Shown here one piece after another: positions 63,383 through 64,000 of a stretch of 64,000 nucleotides of DNA (the first letter of the stretch is position 1; each line of letters opens with the position of its first letter). The notes under the pieces were generated by a model. The model had not been told where the DNA came from. It did not search any database and saw only the letters and a program-made list of their open reading frames with translations. The position numbers and the translations under genes were made by a program. Source of the DNA: a virus; the IMG/VR virus record IMGVR_UViG_3300005327_000002, positions 1 through 64,000 of that record. One strand, written 5' to 3'.

Positions 63383-64000
63383 TCAGGCGCGGCCGCGCAT
63401 GAGCACGCCGCCCTCCAGGACCAGCAGCCCGGAGTTGACCGCGTACTCCAGGACGCGGGCCTTCGACCAGCCCGGCGCGTGCCGGTCAAGCTGGCGCTTC
63501 GTCAGGTAGTTCTGGTTCGCCTTCGTCTTCGTCAGGCCGCCCTGGTCGGCCACCTCCGCCAGCTTCTCCACCAGCTTGGCCACGTACGGCGGGACCGCCA
63601 TCTCCACCAGCTGCAGCTGCCGGGACTGCGCGGCCCGCGCGATGTACCGGGAGTCCTCCTCCAGGCGCCGCTGGCGGGCGTCCTCCAGCGCGGCCCGGTG
63701 GTAGGTGTCCCGGGCGTCCGCGTGCGCGTCCCACAACATCCTGGTGCGCCGCCAGACCTCCGGGTCCGGGTGGACGGAGCCGCACAGCAGGTTCAGCACG
63801 TGGTACATGGTGATCATCTGCCGGGGCCGGTGGACGTCCAGGTCCGACTCCAGCCCCTTGCCGGTGGCCTGGTCCAGCAGCTTGGCCACGTCCACCACCG
63901 CGTTGCTCGGCAGCTCCATGGTGCGGTCCGGCAGGGCGGACACCCACTGGCCCAGCGGCTGGCCGGTGGCGACCTTCAGCGACTCCACCGGCGCCTGGGC
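63383..64000 (-). CDS. C-terminal part of a protein truncated by the window; possibly a primase/helicase-type replication protein
   Basis: Open frame to window edge; C-terminal wHTH-like tail; adjacent repeat array. Function is a guess. Confidence 0.5.
   Translation of the reverse strand, partial: AQAPVESLKVATGQPLGQWVSALPDRTMELPSNAVVDVAKLLDQATGKGLESDLDVHRPRQMITMYHVLNLLCGSVHPDPEVWRRTRMLWDAHADARDTYHRAALEDARQRRLEEDSRYIARAAQSRQLQLVEMAVPPYVAKLVEKLAEVADQGGLTKTKANQNYLTKRQLDRHAPGWSKARVLEYAVNSGLLVLEGGVLMRGRA

Larger units (their letters stand above)
1..64000. mobile_element. Actinobacterial (Streptomyces-like) conjugative phage-plasmid / plasmid prophage segment
   Basis: Terminase, portal, capsid, tail and tape-measure genes co-occur with a TraB/FtsK-like translocase, GntR repressor, Rep-like gene with iterons and recombinases; very high GC; no chromosomal housekeeping genes. 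Confidence 0.8.

Noticed and set aside
1-64000. tRNA, rRNA, IS transposase or integrase genes
   Set aside because: None recognised by eye; a covariance-model search would be needed to exclude small RNAs

Overview
High-GC actinobacterial (Streptomyces-like) mobile-element DNA with no host housekeeping genes. The window reads as part of a conjugative phage-plasmid. It carries (i) a Streptomyces-type dsDNA transfer region (GntR/KorA-TraR-like repressor, divergent promoters, Spd-like membrane proteins, TraB/FtsK-like translocase, ~8-17 kb); (ii) a near-complete but scrambled siphovirus morphogenesis set split over three blocks (capsid-tail tube-adaptors at 20-26 kb minus; portal and MuF/protease at 26-31 kb plus; terminase, tape measure and tail tip at 41.6-62.5 kb minus); (iii) two single-strand-annealing systems (YqaJ+RecT; WYL+ERF); (iv) two candidate replication origins; and (v) a divergent array of small accessory genes at 32-40 kb punctuated by six copies of a 19-bp operator/-35 palindrome, four of them embedded in long covarying hairpins, centred on a small leaderless HTH gene. 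Other oddities: three tandem tail proteins with degenerate GDPD-like domains, a 13-Cys insert inside the YqaJ active-site motif, a probable TraB-binding repeat written into coding sequence in all three frames, and internal SD+start signals in three long ORFs. No tRNA, rRNA, CRISPR, integrase or endolysin was recognised. All family assignments come from motif recognition by eye, not database searches.
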